Source of the DNA: a virus | Lineage: Duplodnaviria; Caudoviricetes | DNA length: 44,966 nucleotides | Strand: one strand, 5' to 3' | Virus record (IMG/VR): IMGVR_UViG_3300027672_002563 | Span: 1-44,966 of that record | Part shown: piece after piece, positions 1 through 8,690 of the stretch | How the letters are laid out: each line of letters starts with the position of its first letter | How positions within the stretch are numbered: position 1 is the stretch's first letter | Notes under the pieces: model-generated | Databases searched by the model: none | What the model saw: only the letters and a program-made list of their open reading frames with translations | What the model was told of the DNA's origin: nothing | Translations under genes and position numbers: made by a program

Positions 1-2
1 AG

Positions 3-236
3 TTCTGCTGAATAGTCCATCATGTTGCCCACAGTGCCTTTCTTGTGATAAGTTGAGTCGATGTACTGTTGCTGGTTGAAAGGGTCTATAGAGCTGTCTA
101 TGGACGCATTAGGGGAGAGATAGACCCTCCCCCACTGCATACCATATTCGTCTATAAATATATGTTCATCATTCATCCCTTGGAAAACCTCGCGGTGTTC
201 ATTTGTATCGGGGTGTTTATAAACATAAATGGGCAT
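3..236 (-). CDS. Hypothetical phage protein, truncated by window edge (MPIYVYKHPDTNEHREVFQGMNDEH...)
   Basis: Manual translation of the minus strand is open from ATG at 236 to the window edge. The ATG overlaps the Hsp20 stop (TAATG). The MP-x-Y-x-Y start resembles FmdB-type phage proteins but has no cysteines. Not in the ORF track. Confidence 0.75.
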   Translation of the reverse strand, partial: MPIYVYKHPDTNEHREVFQGMNDEHIFIDEYGMQWGRVYLSPNASIDSSIDPFNQQQYIDSTYHKKGTVGNMMDYSAE

Positions 237-562
237 TATTTTATTTGTATTTTTTTAGCGCCTTTAACAGCTTTTTTAGGAAGAGTTAAGACAAGAAGAC
301 CATTCGCCAATGTGGAAGAAATATGGTCCTCAGATACTAAATCATATAAATATAATTCATAGTGTCTAGATCTATCTTCGTTTTTAGCTTTCACAGACAA
401 GATGCTGTCGGTAACGCTAACTTCAATGTCTTTTTTATTAAAACCAGCTAATTCGAATTCTGCGGAGTAAACATCTCCAGAGTCTTTAATCCGATTAGAA
501 ACTTTTTCTTTTTCAGGGTAAAAAGCCGCTTCGTTTAGTATGTCATTAATTAATTTAATCAT
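236..562 (-). CDS. hsp20: Small heat-shock protein (Hsp20/alpha-crystallin)
   Basis: ELAGFNKKDIEVSV..SILSVKA and ISSTLANGLLVLTLPK alpha-crystallin motifs; C-terminal IQI motif. ATG at 562 is preferred over TTG at 568. Confidence 0.9.
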   Translation of the reverse strand: MIKLINDILNEAAFYPEKEKVSNRIKDSGDVYSAEFELAGFNKKDIEVSVTDSILSVKAKNEDRSRHYELYLYDLVSEDHISSTLANGLLVLTLPKKAVKGAKKIQIK

Positions 563-595
563 AATCAAGATATATATAACACAAATTATGCCAGT

Positions 596-1684
596 CTAGT
601 TTTCCTTGTAGATAAGGGCTAAAATAGCTTCTGCCGTTTTCTTGTATGTCATGTTGTCTCCTAATTTGACTCCCTCTGTGTTGATTTGTCCCACTTTTGC
701 TTCGGCTTCTTCCATCGCTTTTAATACTGTTTCCTCATCCCATGCATAGAAATCACCTTGGTTATAGTCAGCTCCTTTGTTGAAGAACATACCATCTACA
801 CTAGATACAGATCTCCCTGTAGACTCTACCAAAATGCAATTGTCTTTTGTAGCCCAGTCTTTATGAGAGGTTTCATTTAGAACAATACTCCATTTACCTA
901 GACAAGTAGCATTGAAAGCTGGCAAATTCCAACCTTCACCACCAGAAAGACCAGTTAGATCAATATCTATTGCGTTTAAAAATTCATTCACTTCTGCATT
1001 TTTAGCAAGATGAGGTATTATGTTAAGATTATTATAATTTTCACCTTTAGTAATCTCTTGCCAAGCGTTATGCATTTGCTCTGGCTTGAAGAAGGGGTTG
1101 TTTATACAGCAGGATAGTTGATACTTAGGATTGTTGCCATACTTAGACAGCCAAGTTTGGATGATCTTTTTAGTGTGTTTCCTATTTTCATATTTCCCCA
1201 TAAGACCAAAATGGACAACACCTTTAAGGTATTCTCTATCTGTTCTTTTGAACTCCTCGTCAAAACCTAATGGAATGAAGTGAGTATTATCACACCCTTC
1301 TTTTTCGAAGAGGTCTTTTGCATAAGTGGAGGTAAAGATCGTAGAATCTTGAACAGAACAAGTAGCTTTCTCAATTTGAGTAGGCTCACTACATTCGTAG
1401 AATGTAATTAAATGTTGATTTTTATTCTTTCTATTCTCCGAGCCATTTAAATGCCAGAGCTTCAAAGATGGAATATCCTTATCAATAAAACTCCATCTTT
1501 TTTCTATAGCGTTTTGAATATATTCTTTTAAATCTTCACCAATATCGAAGGCATTTAGATCTATTTTACCCCCTGTAGGGAAAAGGCCTAATTCAATATC
1601 TAGCCTTTGGAATTCTTTGATAAGGTTATAAGAAACATTACCGAAACTAAGACTATTTAAAGGTGTCTCTAAAAGGAGTTTCAT
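596..1684 (-). CDS. GT4-family (GT-B) glycosyltransferase
   Basis: GKYENRKH, SGGEGWNLPAFNATCLG (EGF/WxLP-type motif) and IPLGFD; phage GT4 layout. Confidence 0.8.
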   Translation of the reverse strand: MKLLLETPLNSLSFGNVSYNLIKEFQRLDIELGLFPTGGKIDLNAFDIGEDLKEYIQNAIEKRWSFIDKDIPSLKLWHLNGSENRKNKNQHLITFYECSEPTQIEKATCSVQDSTIFTSTYAKDLFEKEGCDNTHFIPLGFDEEFKRTDREYLKGVVHFGLMGKYENRKHTKKIIQTWLSKYGNNPKYQLSCCINNPFFKPEQMHNAWQEITKGENYNNLNIIPHLAKNAEVNEFLNAIDIDLTGLSGGEGWNLPAFNATCLGKWSIVLNETSHKDWATKDNCILVESTGRSVSSVDGMFFNKGADYNQGDFYAWDEETVLKAMEEAEAKVGQINTEGVKLGDNMTYKKTAEAILALIYKEN

Positions 1685-2071
1685 TTAAAACGGAACGTCA
1701 TCGTGACCACTACCAGAGCTTACAGCTGCAGAGGTATCTGATCCCCCCTCAGAGTCACCATCTTCAGACTTTTTGGAGCCTAGAAACTGGAGATCTTTTC
1801 CGCGAATAAAATACTTGCTAAATTTCTTGCCGTCCTTTTCCCAAGATGACATGCAAAGCTCTCCATTTACAATAAATTCTCTACCCTTGGAGAGATATTT
1901 TTCAGCAATTTCTGCCGTCTTGTCCCAATACTCGATATCAACAAAGCATTTTGTTTTTGCATTTGATGTGGAGATGCCAGCGCGAAGGCTAACTACTTTC
2001 TTACCATTGCTGGTCTGACGAACGACTGGATCTTTAACCAGATATGCTGCTGCTGTTACTGAATTATACAT
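1685..2071 (-). CDS. ssb: Single-stranded DNA-binding protein
   Basis: OB-fold motifs LVKDP, W.K.AE...KYLSKG...V.GEL...WEKDG; acidic C-terminal DDVPF tail. Confidence 0.93.
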   Translation of the reverse strand: MYNSVTAAAYLVKDPVVRQTSNGKKVVSLRAGISTSNAKTKCFVDIEYWDKTAEIAEKYLSKGREFIVNGELCMSSWEKDGKKFSKYFIRGKDLQFLGSKKSEDGDSEGGSDTSAAVSSGSGHDDVPF

Positions 2072-2639
2072 AATTAATTTCTGTTTTTGCTTTGTTAATG
2101 AACTTATTGTGGATGTTTATACACCCCTGAATACTAAGGTCAAGACTTTCTGCTATAGTTCTCCAAGGAGTGAGCTTATTATTAGACGAGCCGTATCGCA
2201 TGTCAACTATTTTTTTAACTCTTTCGTCAGATTCGTTTTTTAAGCAATCCAAAAAGAGGACCATCGCCTCATCTTTGTTGATTTCTGGTATAAATGACTC
2301 GCAGTGTGGCTCAACATAACTATTCTCATCGTCAATAAAGTATTCCTTGCACTTCCTTTTTTTGTTCAAGGCGTTCAGGCACTTCCATTTTGTCTGATTT
2401 GCTAAGTGAGTAGAAAATTTCGTGTTACGATTAGGATCGTAATTTAGAGCGGAATCATAAATTGTTAAGATTTCATCTGCGACTATTTGGTTTTTATCCA
2501 AAATGAAATTTGGATGAGACATGTAGTGGTTAACCATTGTATGGAATAGTCCAGAGTGCCTATCCATCAACATGATTAGGCTGTCTCCATCCCGATTGTC
2601 GTCTTGGATTTTAGAAATTAATGTCAGATCGCTTTCCAC
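2064..2639 (-). CDS. Phage sigma70-family RNA polymerase sigma factor
   Basis: Region 2 YDPNRNTKFSTHL and region 4 HTH IVDMRYG..TPWRTIAESLDLS. The start is probably GTG 2639 because ATG 2648 overlaps the predicted -10 box. Confidence 0.85.
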   Translation of the reverse strand: MESDLTLISKIQDDNRDGDSLIMLMDRHSGLFHTMVNHYMSHPNFILDKNQIVADEILTIYDSALNYDPNRNTKFSTHLANQTKWKCLNALNKKRKCKEYFIDDENSYVEPHCESFIPEINKDEAMVLFLDCLKNESDERVKKIVDMRYGSSNNKLTPWRTIAESLDLSIQGCINIHNKFINKAKTEINYV

Positions 2640-2646
2640 TTCCACC

Positions 2647-2674
2647 ATCTTATAAGCTATCTACGATTTTTCAA
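2647..2674 (-). promoter_or_regulatory. sigma70-like promoter of the sigma gene
   Basis: TTGAAA(2674-2669)-16 nt-TAAGAT(2652-2647), 7 nt before GTG 2639. Confidence 0.6.
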
Positions 2675-2715
2675 TTATTATTTTAAATAAAAAATCGTTC
2701 TCTTTATAATATATT

Positions 2716-2780
2716 TATACAACGTATACAATATAGAATAACGTATACTCTAACTATTACGTCAAAGGTATAAATAACGT
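2716..2780. repeat. Phased ACGT-core array in an AT-rich divergent intergenic region
   Basis: ACGT at 2722, 2741, 2759 and 2777 (spacing 19/18/18). AACGTATAC is exact at 2721 and 2740. Confidence 0.6.
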
Positions 2781-2798
2781 GTAGCCCGTTTCACGGTA

Positions 2799-2826
2799 AT
2801 TATAAGAAAACTTTCTGCTCTGTCAA
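2799..2826 (-). promoter_or_regulatory. Perfect-consensus sigma70 promoter with no substantial ORF directly downstream
   Basis: TTGACA(2826-2821)-16 nt-TATAAT(2804-2799). Confidence 0.75.
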
Positions 2827-2870
2827 GAACAAAAAATAAAATAAATTGATCTTGCCACTCAGACCAGCCA

Positions 2871-2888
2871 AGTGTAAATATCTTTTAC
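2871..2888 (+). promoter_or_regulatory. Putative phage-specific promoter motif AGTGTAA-N3-TCTTTT
   Basis: GTGTAA lies 11 nt before the nrdB ATG; the arrangement is identical at 5581. Confidence 0.5.
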
Positions 2889-3914
2889 ATGATCGCTCAA
2901 GAAAGAACCGAAGATAGACCTTTAAAAAAACCCGCCAAAAAACTAATTTTCGAAGAGCAATTGTCAAGAAAGCCTAATGAATTTCCTTGGACGCAAGATT
3001 TCATTGATGCGATGCATCAGGGATTTTGGACTGACAAAGAATTCAGCTTCAGTAGCGATATCCAAGATTTCAATGTCAAACTAAACCCAGTCAAAAAAGA
3101 AATCATCGTGAGAACTCTTTCTGCTATTGGCCAGATAGAAGTCGCCGTTAAGAAATTCTGGAGCAAGCTGGGGGACAATCTTCCTCATCCAAGTTTGACT
3201 GATTTGGGATATGTCATGGCTAATACAGAGGTCATCCACAATAATGCATACGAAAGGCTCTTGACCGTGCTTGGATTAGAGGATGTTTTTGAAGAGAATC
3301 TGAAGCTGGACTTCATTGAGGGTCGCGTGAAATACCTCAGAAAATATAATCACAAATTCTACAAGGATTCTAAGAAGCAATACGTTTATGCCTTAACTCT
3401 ATTCACTCTTTTTGTGGAGAACGTATCGTTATTTTCGCAATTTTACATCATTAACTGGTTTAATAGGAACGAAAACGTTTTAAAAGACACTGGTCAGCAA
3501 GTCAAATATACTCGCAACGAAGAGAATATCCATGCGTTAGCTGGTATAAAAATCATCAACACCATCCGAAGTCAATACCCTGAGCTATTTGACGATGAAT
3601 TAGAGGCGAGGATTTTATCTGAAGCTCAAGACGCATTTGTCGCTGAAAGTAATATCGTGGACTGGATGATCAATGGATTTGATGAAAAAGGTCTCAATGC
3701 TGAAATCCTTAAGGAATTTATTAAGAACAGAATAAACGACTCATTAGAAAAAATCGGATTTCATTCTGCGTTCGAAGTTGACACTTCACTGCTCAAAGAT
3801 ACAATGTGGTTCGAAGAAGAATTAAATGGCAACAATGCTACCGACTTCTTTCACTCGCGGCCTGTGGAATACTCAAAAAATTCACAGACTTTCAACGCAG
3901 ACGATTTATTCTAA
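2889..3914 (+). CDS. nrdB: Ribonucleotide reductase class I beta subunit (class Id-like)
   Basis: Ferritin-like ligands QIEVAVK, EVIHNNAY, VENV and EENIH; C-terminal DFF..RPVEYSK. Confidence 0.95.
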   Translation: MIAQERTEDRPLKKPAKKLIFEEQLSRKPNEFPWTQDFIDAMHQGFWTDKEFSFSSDIQDFNVKLNPVKKEIIVRTLSAIGQIEVAVKKFWSKLGDNLPHPSLTDLGYVMANTEVIHNNAYERLLTVLGLEDVFEENLKLDFIEGRVKYLRKYNHKFYKDSKKQYVYALTLFTLFVENVSLFSQFYIINWFNRNENVLKDTGQQVKYTRNEENIHALAGIKIINTIRSQYPELFDDELEARILSEAQDAFVAESNIVDWMINGFDEKGLNAEILKEFIKNRINDSLEKIGFHSAFEVDTSLLKDTMWFEEELNGNNATDFFHSRPVEYSKNSQTFNADDLF

Positions 3915-5558
3915 ATGACTGATTACTACTGGCTAAATGAGGACTCAAGGGTTTTTCTTGAAAGAGGTTACTTAAAGGGGGAGTCTCCAGAGCAGAGGAT
4001 TAAAAACATAGCTGATACCGCAGAATCTTATCTGGGAATTGCTGGGTTTTCTGAGAAATTCGTAGGTTATATGGCTAGGGGTTTTTATTCCCTAGCTTCT
4101 CCTGTCTGGTCTAATTTCGGAAGAAAGAGGGGGTTGCCTATTTCCTGCAATGGCGTTTATGTGCCAGATAGGATGGATGGAATTTTATCCAAACAAAGTG
4201 AGGTGGGTATGCAAACAAAGCATGGCTCAGGAACTTCGGCTTATTTTGGGGAACTTCGAGGTAGAGGGGCGAAAATTAATTCGGGTGGAGAATCTTCTGG
4301 TGCTGTCCATTTTATGGAGCTATTTGACAGGGTAGCTGCTGTTGTTTCTCAAGGGAATGTTAGACGAGGATCATTCGCAGCTTATCTACCTATCGAACAT
4401 CCTGATGTAAAAGAGTTTTTACGTATCCGTAGTGAGGGCAATGCTATTCAAGAAATGTCTTTCGCGGTCACTGTAACTGATTCTTGGATGCGAGGAATGA
4501 TTGGCGGGGATCAAGATAAAAAAGATCTTTGGGCATCGATTATAAAGAAAAGGTATGAGACTGGGTATCCTTATATTTTCTTCCAAGACAACGCTAATAA
4601 TCAAGCCCCAGATTGTTATAAAGATAAGGGCATGAAGATTTACGCTTCTAATCTCTGTAATGAAATTAGTTTACCCTCTAAGGAGGACGAGTCTTTTGTT
4701 TGTTGTTTATCTTCGCTTAACCTAATCCAGTGGGATGAAATAGTTAAGACTGACGCTATCGAAACCCTTACTATGTTTCTAGACGCTGTTATGGAGGAGT
4801 ATATCCAAAAAACAGAATCTATCCCGTTCATGGAGCCTTCTCATAATTTTGCCAAGCGTCACAGAGCTATCGGTATGGGTGTATTGGGTTGGCATTCTTA
4901 TCTCCAGAGCAATATGATTAGTTTTGAGAGTATGGAGGCGAAACTTCTGAATAGTTCTATTTTCAAGAAAATCAGAAGCTCTAGTGATAAAGCCACTGAG
5001 GATTTAGCAAATCTTTTGGGTGAACCTTTATATTGTGAAGGCTACGGTAGGAGAAATACAACTACTTTAGCTATTGCCCCCACCACTAGCAGCTCGTTTA
5101 TTTTAGGACAAGCTTCACCGTCTATTGAGCCTCTTAATGGAAATTATTTTACCAAAGATCTAGCTAAAGGTAAATTCTCATATAGAAATCCTTACTTGAA
5201 ATCTCTTTTAGAAGAGAAGGGCAAAGACACTGATGATGTTTGGTTAAGTATTCTTAATTCAGGAGGCTCAGTTCAACGTTTACCGTTCTTGAGTGAGGAG
5301 GAAAAAGATGTATTTAAAACATTCGGAGAGGTTTCTCAAAAAGAGATCGTCATTCAGGCTGTTCAAAGACAAAAGTTTATTGATCAAGGTCAATCTCTAA
5401 ATTTGATGGTCGCCCCCGATGTCCCTATGAAAGAAGTGAATCAACTGATGATCTACGCATGGGAAAATGGACTCAAAGGTCTTTATTATCAAAGGAGTGC
5501 TAACCCTAGTCAGGAATTAGCTAGATCCATACTAAATTGCTCTTCTTGCGAGGGCTAA
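3915..5558 (+). CDS. nrdA: Ribonucleotide reductase class I alpha subunit, no ATP cone
   Basis: ISCN, SNLCNEI, CCLSSLNL, IAPTTSSS, LYY and C-terminal CSSC. Confidence 0.96.
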   Translation: MTDYYWLNEDSRVFLERGYLKGESPEQRIKNIADTAESYLGIAGFSEKFVGYMARGFYSLASPVWSNFGRKRGLPISCNGVYVPDRMDGILSKQSEVGMQTKHGSGTSAYFGELRGRGAKINSGGESSGAVHFMELFDRVAAVVSQGNVRRGSFAAYLPIEHPDVKEFLRIRSEGNAIQEMSFAVTVTDSWMRGMIGGDQDKKDLWASIIKKRYETGYPYIFFQDNANNQAPDCYKDKGMKIYASNLCNEISLPSKEDESFVCCLSSLNLIQWDEIVKTDAIETLTMFLDAVMEEYIQKTESIPFMEPSHNFAKRHRAIGMGVLGWHSYLQSNMISFESMEAKLLNSSIFKKIRSSSDKATEDLANLLGEPLYCEGYGRRNTTTLAIAPTTSSSFILGQASPSIEPLNGNYFTKDLAKGKFSYRNPYLKSLLEEKGKDTDDVWLSILNSGGSVQRLPFLSEEEKDVFKTFGEVSQKEIVIQAVQRQKFIDQGQSLNLMVAPDVPMKEVNQLMIYAWENGLKGLYYQRSANPSQELARSILNCSSCEG

Positions 5559-5580
5559 TTGTTCATTTTCGATAGTTAAA

Positions 5581-5598
5581 AGTGTAATTGTCTTTTGG
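5581..5598 (+). promoter_or_regulatory. Putative phage-specific promoter motif AGTGTAA-N3-TCTTTT
   Basis: GTGTAA lies 11 nt before ATG 5599. Confidence 0.5.
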
Positions 5599-6489
5599 AT
5601 GGAATACGATTTTTCAGATAAAGCTAAAGGTTTTTTACAGAATCAAACCCCAGACGGATCTTCTAAATCTGGAAGAGATTCTTCTGTGGGGGACAAAGTA
5701 GTCGTCTCTTTAAAAAATAAAGTTAAAGAGTATAATAAAAAATATCCCCAAAAAGTCACTTTAGAACAACTTAAAAAAGTCTATCGTAGAGGGGAGGGGG
5801 CTTCTTCAAGTGGTCATCGTCCTGGAAAGAGTATAGGCCAATGGGCTATGGCTCGCGTAAATACATTTCTTAAAATGGTTAGTGGCGGCAAAGTAAAAGA
5901 ATCATATCGCGCTGCAGATGGAGATATAGCTAGAGGTAGTGAAGATTACTATCTCGAAGAAATAGGCTCTGCCTTCATAGATTATGACGAAGTCGAATTT
6001 GGTTTGGCTAAAATAGATTTGCTTAAAGCAGGAATCTCTGAGCTTGATATGGATCAAGATATTGAAGATATTGATTACTCTGAAGCTGAGAAAAAAACCC
6101 TAAATAAACCCTTTAGGTTAAAAGATGGCAAGAAAAAGTTTGGGGTGTATGTAAAAAACCCTAAAACTGGTAATGTTATAATGGTGAAATTTGGTGACCC
6201 TAATATGGAAATCAAGCGGGATAATCCAGCTCGTCGTCGTAGTTTTAGGGCTAGACATAAATGTGACACAGCTAAAGATAAAACGACCCCTCGTTATTGG
6301 AGTTGTAAGTTTTGGTCTAAAAAACCTGTGAGTTCAATGGCTTCAGCAGAAGCTATAGAGTGGGATGACGATGAAGTCTTAAGCGAGTGGTCTTGGACTG
6401 ATGACGGTTTTGCTGAATACGAAGAGATTATTATGGACTCTCCAAATCTAAAACTAGTCCAAGAAATTGTTGAAGAAGATGGAATATGA
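5599..6489 (+). CDS. Two-domain conserved viral hypothetical protein
   Basis: LKKVYRRG.GA...HRPG...QWAMARV domain plus KFGDPNM...RRRSFRARHKC...YWSC domain. I recognise both as recurrent basic viral domains of unknown function. Confidence 0.75.
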   Translation: MEYDFSDKAKGFLQNQTPDGSSKSGRDSSVGDKVVVSLKNKVKEYNKKYPQKVTLEQLKKVYRRGEGASSSGHRPGKSIGQWAMARVNTFLKMVSGGKVKESYRAADGDIARGSEDYYLEEIGSAFIDYDEVEFGLAKIDLLKAGISELDMDQDIEDIDYSEAEKKTLNKPFRLKDGKKKFGVYVKNPKTGNVIMVKFGDPNMEIKRDNPARRRSFRARHKCDTAKDKTTPRYWSCKFWSKKPVSSMASAEAIEWDDDEVLSEWSWTDDGFAEYEEIIMDSPNLKLVQEIVEEDGI

Positions 6490-6497
6490 GATATAAT
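6470..6497 (+). promoter_or_regulatory. sigma70-like promoter of the glycan cluster
   Basis: TTGAAG-16-TATAAT, 10 nt before ATG 6508. Confidence 0.55.
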
Positions 6498-6507
6498 CCC
6501 TCACTAG

Positions 6508-7365
6508 ATGAGGGTATTATTTGTTTCTGACTTTACTTCCCAAGATGGAAAAGGTGGCGCACAAGTCAGTAATAAGCTTATAATAGATAAAGGTCGAGAG
6601 CTTGGCCATGATATAAAAGAGCATAACTACAAATCTTCAGTTACTGATTTTCTCTCTTCTTATGATTTAGTGGTTAACTCTAATTTAGAGGTAATCAATA
6701 AGATTACTCCAGAAAAAATACCACTGATATTAAGAATGCCTAATTCAGTTAGGTTAGAGCATGATTCTTGTACGTATTTGAGCGACGATATTAGGAAACA
6801 ACTCTTTATTAATGCTAAAAAGAATTTCTTTTTAAGCCAATACCATTTAGAATTTTTCCAAAATCTTTATGGAGATTATTTCCATGACGTAGAAATCAAT
6901 TACGACCCTATTGATACTTCTATATTCACTAAGTCTGAAGAAAAAAAAGAATATGATGTAGTTTATTGCGGCTATTTACACCTATTGAAAGGCTTTAATA
7001 ATCTTATTAACTTTGCCAAACAAAATCCTGACAGAAGAATAGATGTATTTGGATGGGAAGCGAAGGGGATATCAGTTGATTTTATATTTAAAGGAATAAA
7101 AAATATAACACATCATGGACCACTAGATCACCATGAGGTTGCGGAAGTTTTTAAAAAATCCAAATCTTTATTTCATTCTCCGATAGTAAATGAACCGTTT
7201 TGCAGGATGGTAGGAGAGGCTTTGTTGTGTGGGGTAGATGAGGTTATTGGAAACCCATCTAAAATTGGTTCTTATCTTGAGTTCCAAAAAGTTGGCTATG
7301 ATTCATTTAGACAAAATTGTCAATCTGCTGCTTCTAAATTTTGGTCTAATGTAAATGAAATATAA
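6508..7365 (+). CDS. GT4-family glycosyltransferase
   Basis: GGAQ, G.L..LKG and EPFCRMVGEALLCG (EX7E). Confidence 0.85.
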   Translation: MRVLFVSDFTSQDGKGGAQVSNKLIIDKGRELGHDIKEHNYKSSVTDFLSSYDLVVNSNLEVINKITPEKIPLILRMPNSVRLEHDSCTYLSDDIRKQLFINAKKNFFLSQYHLEFFQNLYGDYFHDVEINYDPIDTSIFTKSEEKKEYDVVYCGYLHLLKGFNNLINFAKQNPDRRIDVFGWEAKGISVDFIFKGIKNITHHGPLDHHEVAEVFKKSKSLFHSPIVNEPFCRMVGEALLCGVDEVIGNPSKIGSYLEFQKVGYDSFRQNCQSAASKFWSNVNEI

Positions 7366-8047
7366 AATTTCAGTAATATGCTCTGTTTATAACAGTTGCG
7401 AATGGTTGCCTAAATATCTAAATTCTGTTAATAATCAATTTTATCCTGAATTTGAAATTGTTTTTGTTGATGCCAATTCTAACGATAATTCTTTATCCAT
7501 AATAAAAAATTATAATTTTAGAGATGGAATAAAAACGAAAGTAATTGAAGAGGAAAAAAGAGTTGGCATATATGAAGCTTGGAATACAGCAATTAAGGCT
7601 TGCGATGGTGAATATATAATGAATTGGAACACAGACGATTTGTTGTATAGGTCTGGATTACAAACCTACGCTTCTTACATAGAAGAATACCCAGAAATAG
7701 ATTTTTTATATAGTCCATGTTGTGTTGTCAATGGTCAAAACCTAAACAGTATAGTAGGATTGCGTAATTGGCCTAAATATTCTCATGATCGTTTATTGCA
7801 GATTTGTATAGGAGGACCGTTCCCTATAATGAAAAAATCTGCCGTAGAACAATGCGGTTATTTTAAAGAAAAATATATTTCTTCTGGAGATTATGAGATG
7901 TGGTTGCACTTATCAAAAAAAGGTTTTAAGTTTAAAAAAATACCAGATATAATAGGTTGTTTTTATGAACGAGAAAACTCTGTTTCTATAGAGAACTTAA
8001 AAGCAGCACAACAAGAAGATATAGAAATACAGCAATTACACCTATGA
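7355..8047 (+). CDS. GT2-family glycosyltransferase
   Basis: ISVI.SVYN, VDANSND, GIYEAWN, NTDD and DYEMW. Confidence 0.9.
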   Translation: MKYKISVICSVYNSCEWLPKYLNSVNNQFYPEFEIVFVDANSNDNSLSIIKNYNFRDGIKTKVIEEEKRVGIYEAWNTAIKACDGEYIMNWNTDDLLYRSGLQTYASYIEEYPEIDFLYSPCCVVNGQNLNSIVGLRNWPKYSHDRLLQICIGGPFPIMKKSAVEQCGYFKEKYISSGDYEMWLHLSKKGFKFKKIPDIIGCFYERENSVSIENLKAAQQEDIEIQQLHL

Positions 8048-8688
8048 AAGTTATCAGTTTTAGTTTGTGGGGAAAAAAACCGATGTATACAATTGGAGCA
8101 TTGAGAAATGCGGAAATCGCAGAAAAAATATTCCCTGACTGGGAATGCTGGTTTTATGTTGGGTCTTCTTGCCCAAATGAAATAATTGATGAACTTAAAA
8201 AAAAGAAAAACACCAAAGTTTTCGAAATGAGCGAGGAGGGCGATTGGAATGGAATGTTTTGGAGGTTCTATCCAGCAAGCGATCCTAATGTTGATGTAAT
8301 GCTCTCAAGAGATACTGATTGTAGACTGAGTGTTAGAGAGAAAGAAGCTGTCGATGAATGGCTGGATAGTGATAAAGATTTTCATATAATGAGAGATCAT
8401 CCTTTTCACAGGATTGAAATATTAGGAGGTATGTGGGGAGTCAGGGGAAATATATTGTCTGAAATGACTCCATTGATTGGAAATTACATAAAAGGCAATT
8501 TCTGGCAAGTAGATCAAAACTTTTTAAAAGAATTGATTTATCCCATTGTCAAAGATAAATCTTTTGTTCATGATGAGTTTTTTGAAATGAAACCATTCCC
8601 TAGTGACAGGAAAGGTAAAGAATTTGTGGGAGAATCTTTTGATGAAAACGATAAACCCCTACACCCTGAACACGGATATTTAATTTAA
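8044..8688 (+). CDS. Conserved hypothetical, probable GT-A glycosyltransferase
   Basis: ISFSLWG, MFWRF, RDTD (DxD), HIMRDHP, GGMWG and DQ.FL; cluster context. Confidence 0.65.
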   Translation: MKVISFSLWGKKPMYTIGALRNAEIAEKIFPDWECWFYVGSSCPNEIIDELKKKKNTKVFEMSEEGDWNGMFWRFYPASDPNVDVMLSRDTDCRLSVREKEAVDEWLDSDKDFHIMRDHPFHRIEILGGMWGVRGNILSEMTPLIGNYIKGNFWQVDQNFLKELIYPIVKDKSFVHDEFFEMKPFPSDRKGKEFVGESFDENDKPLHPEHGYLI

Positions 8689-8690
8689 TT

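Noticed and set aside
69-362. 97-aa plus-strand ORF
   Set aside because: Antisense to hsp20 and the edge gene; no motif and a non-ATG start.
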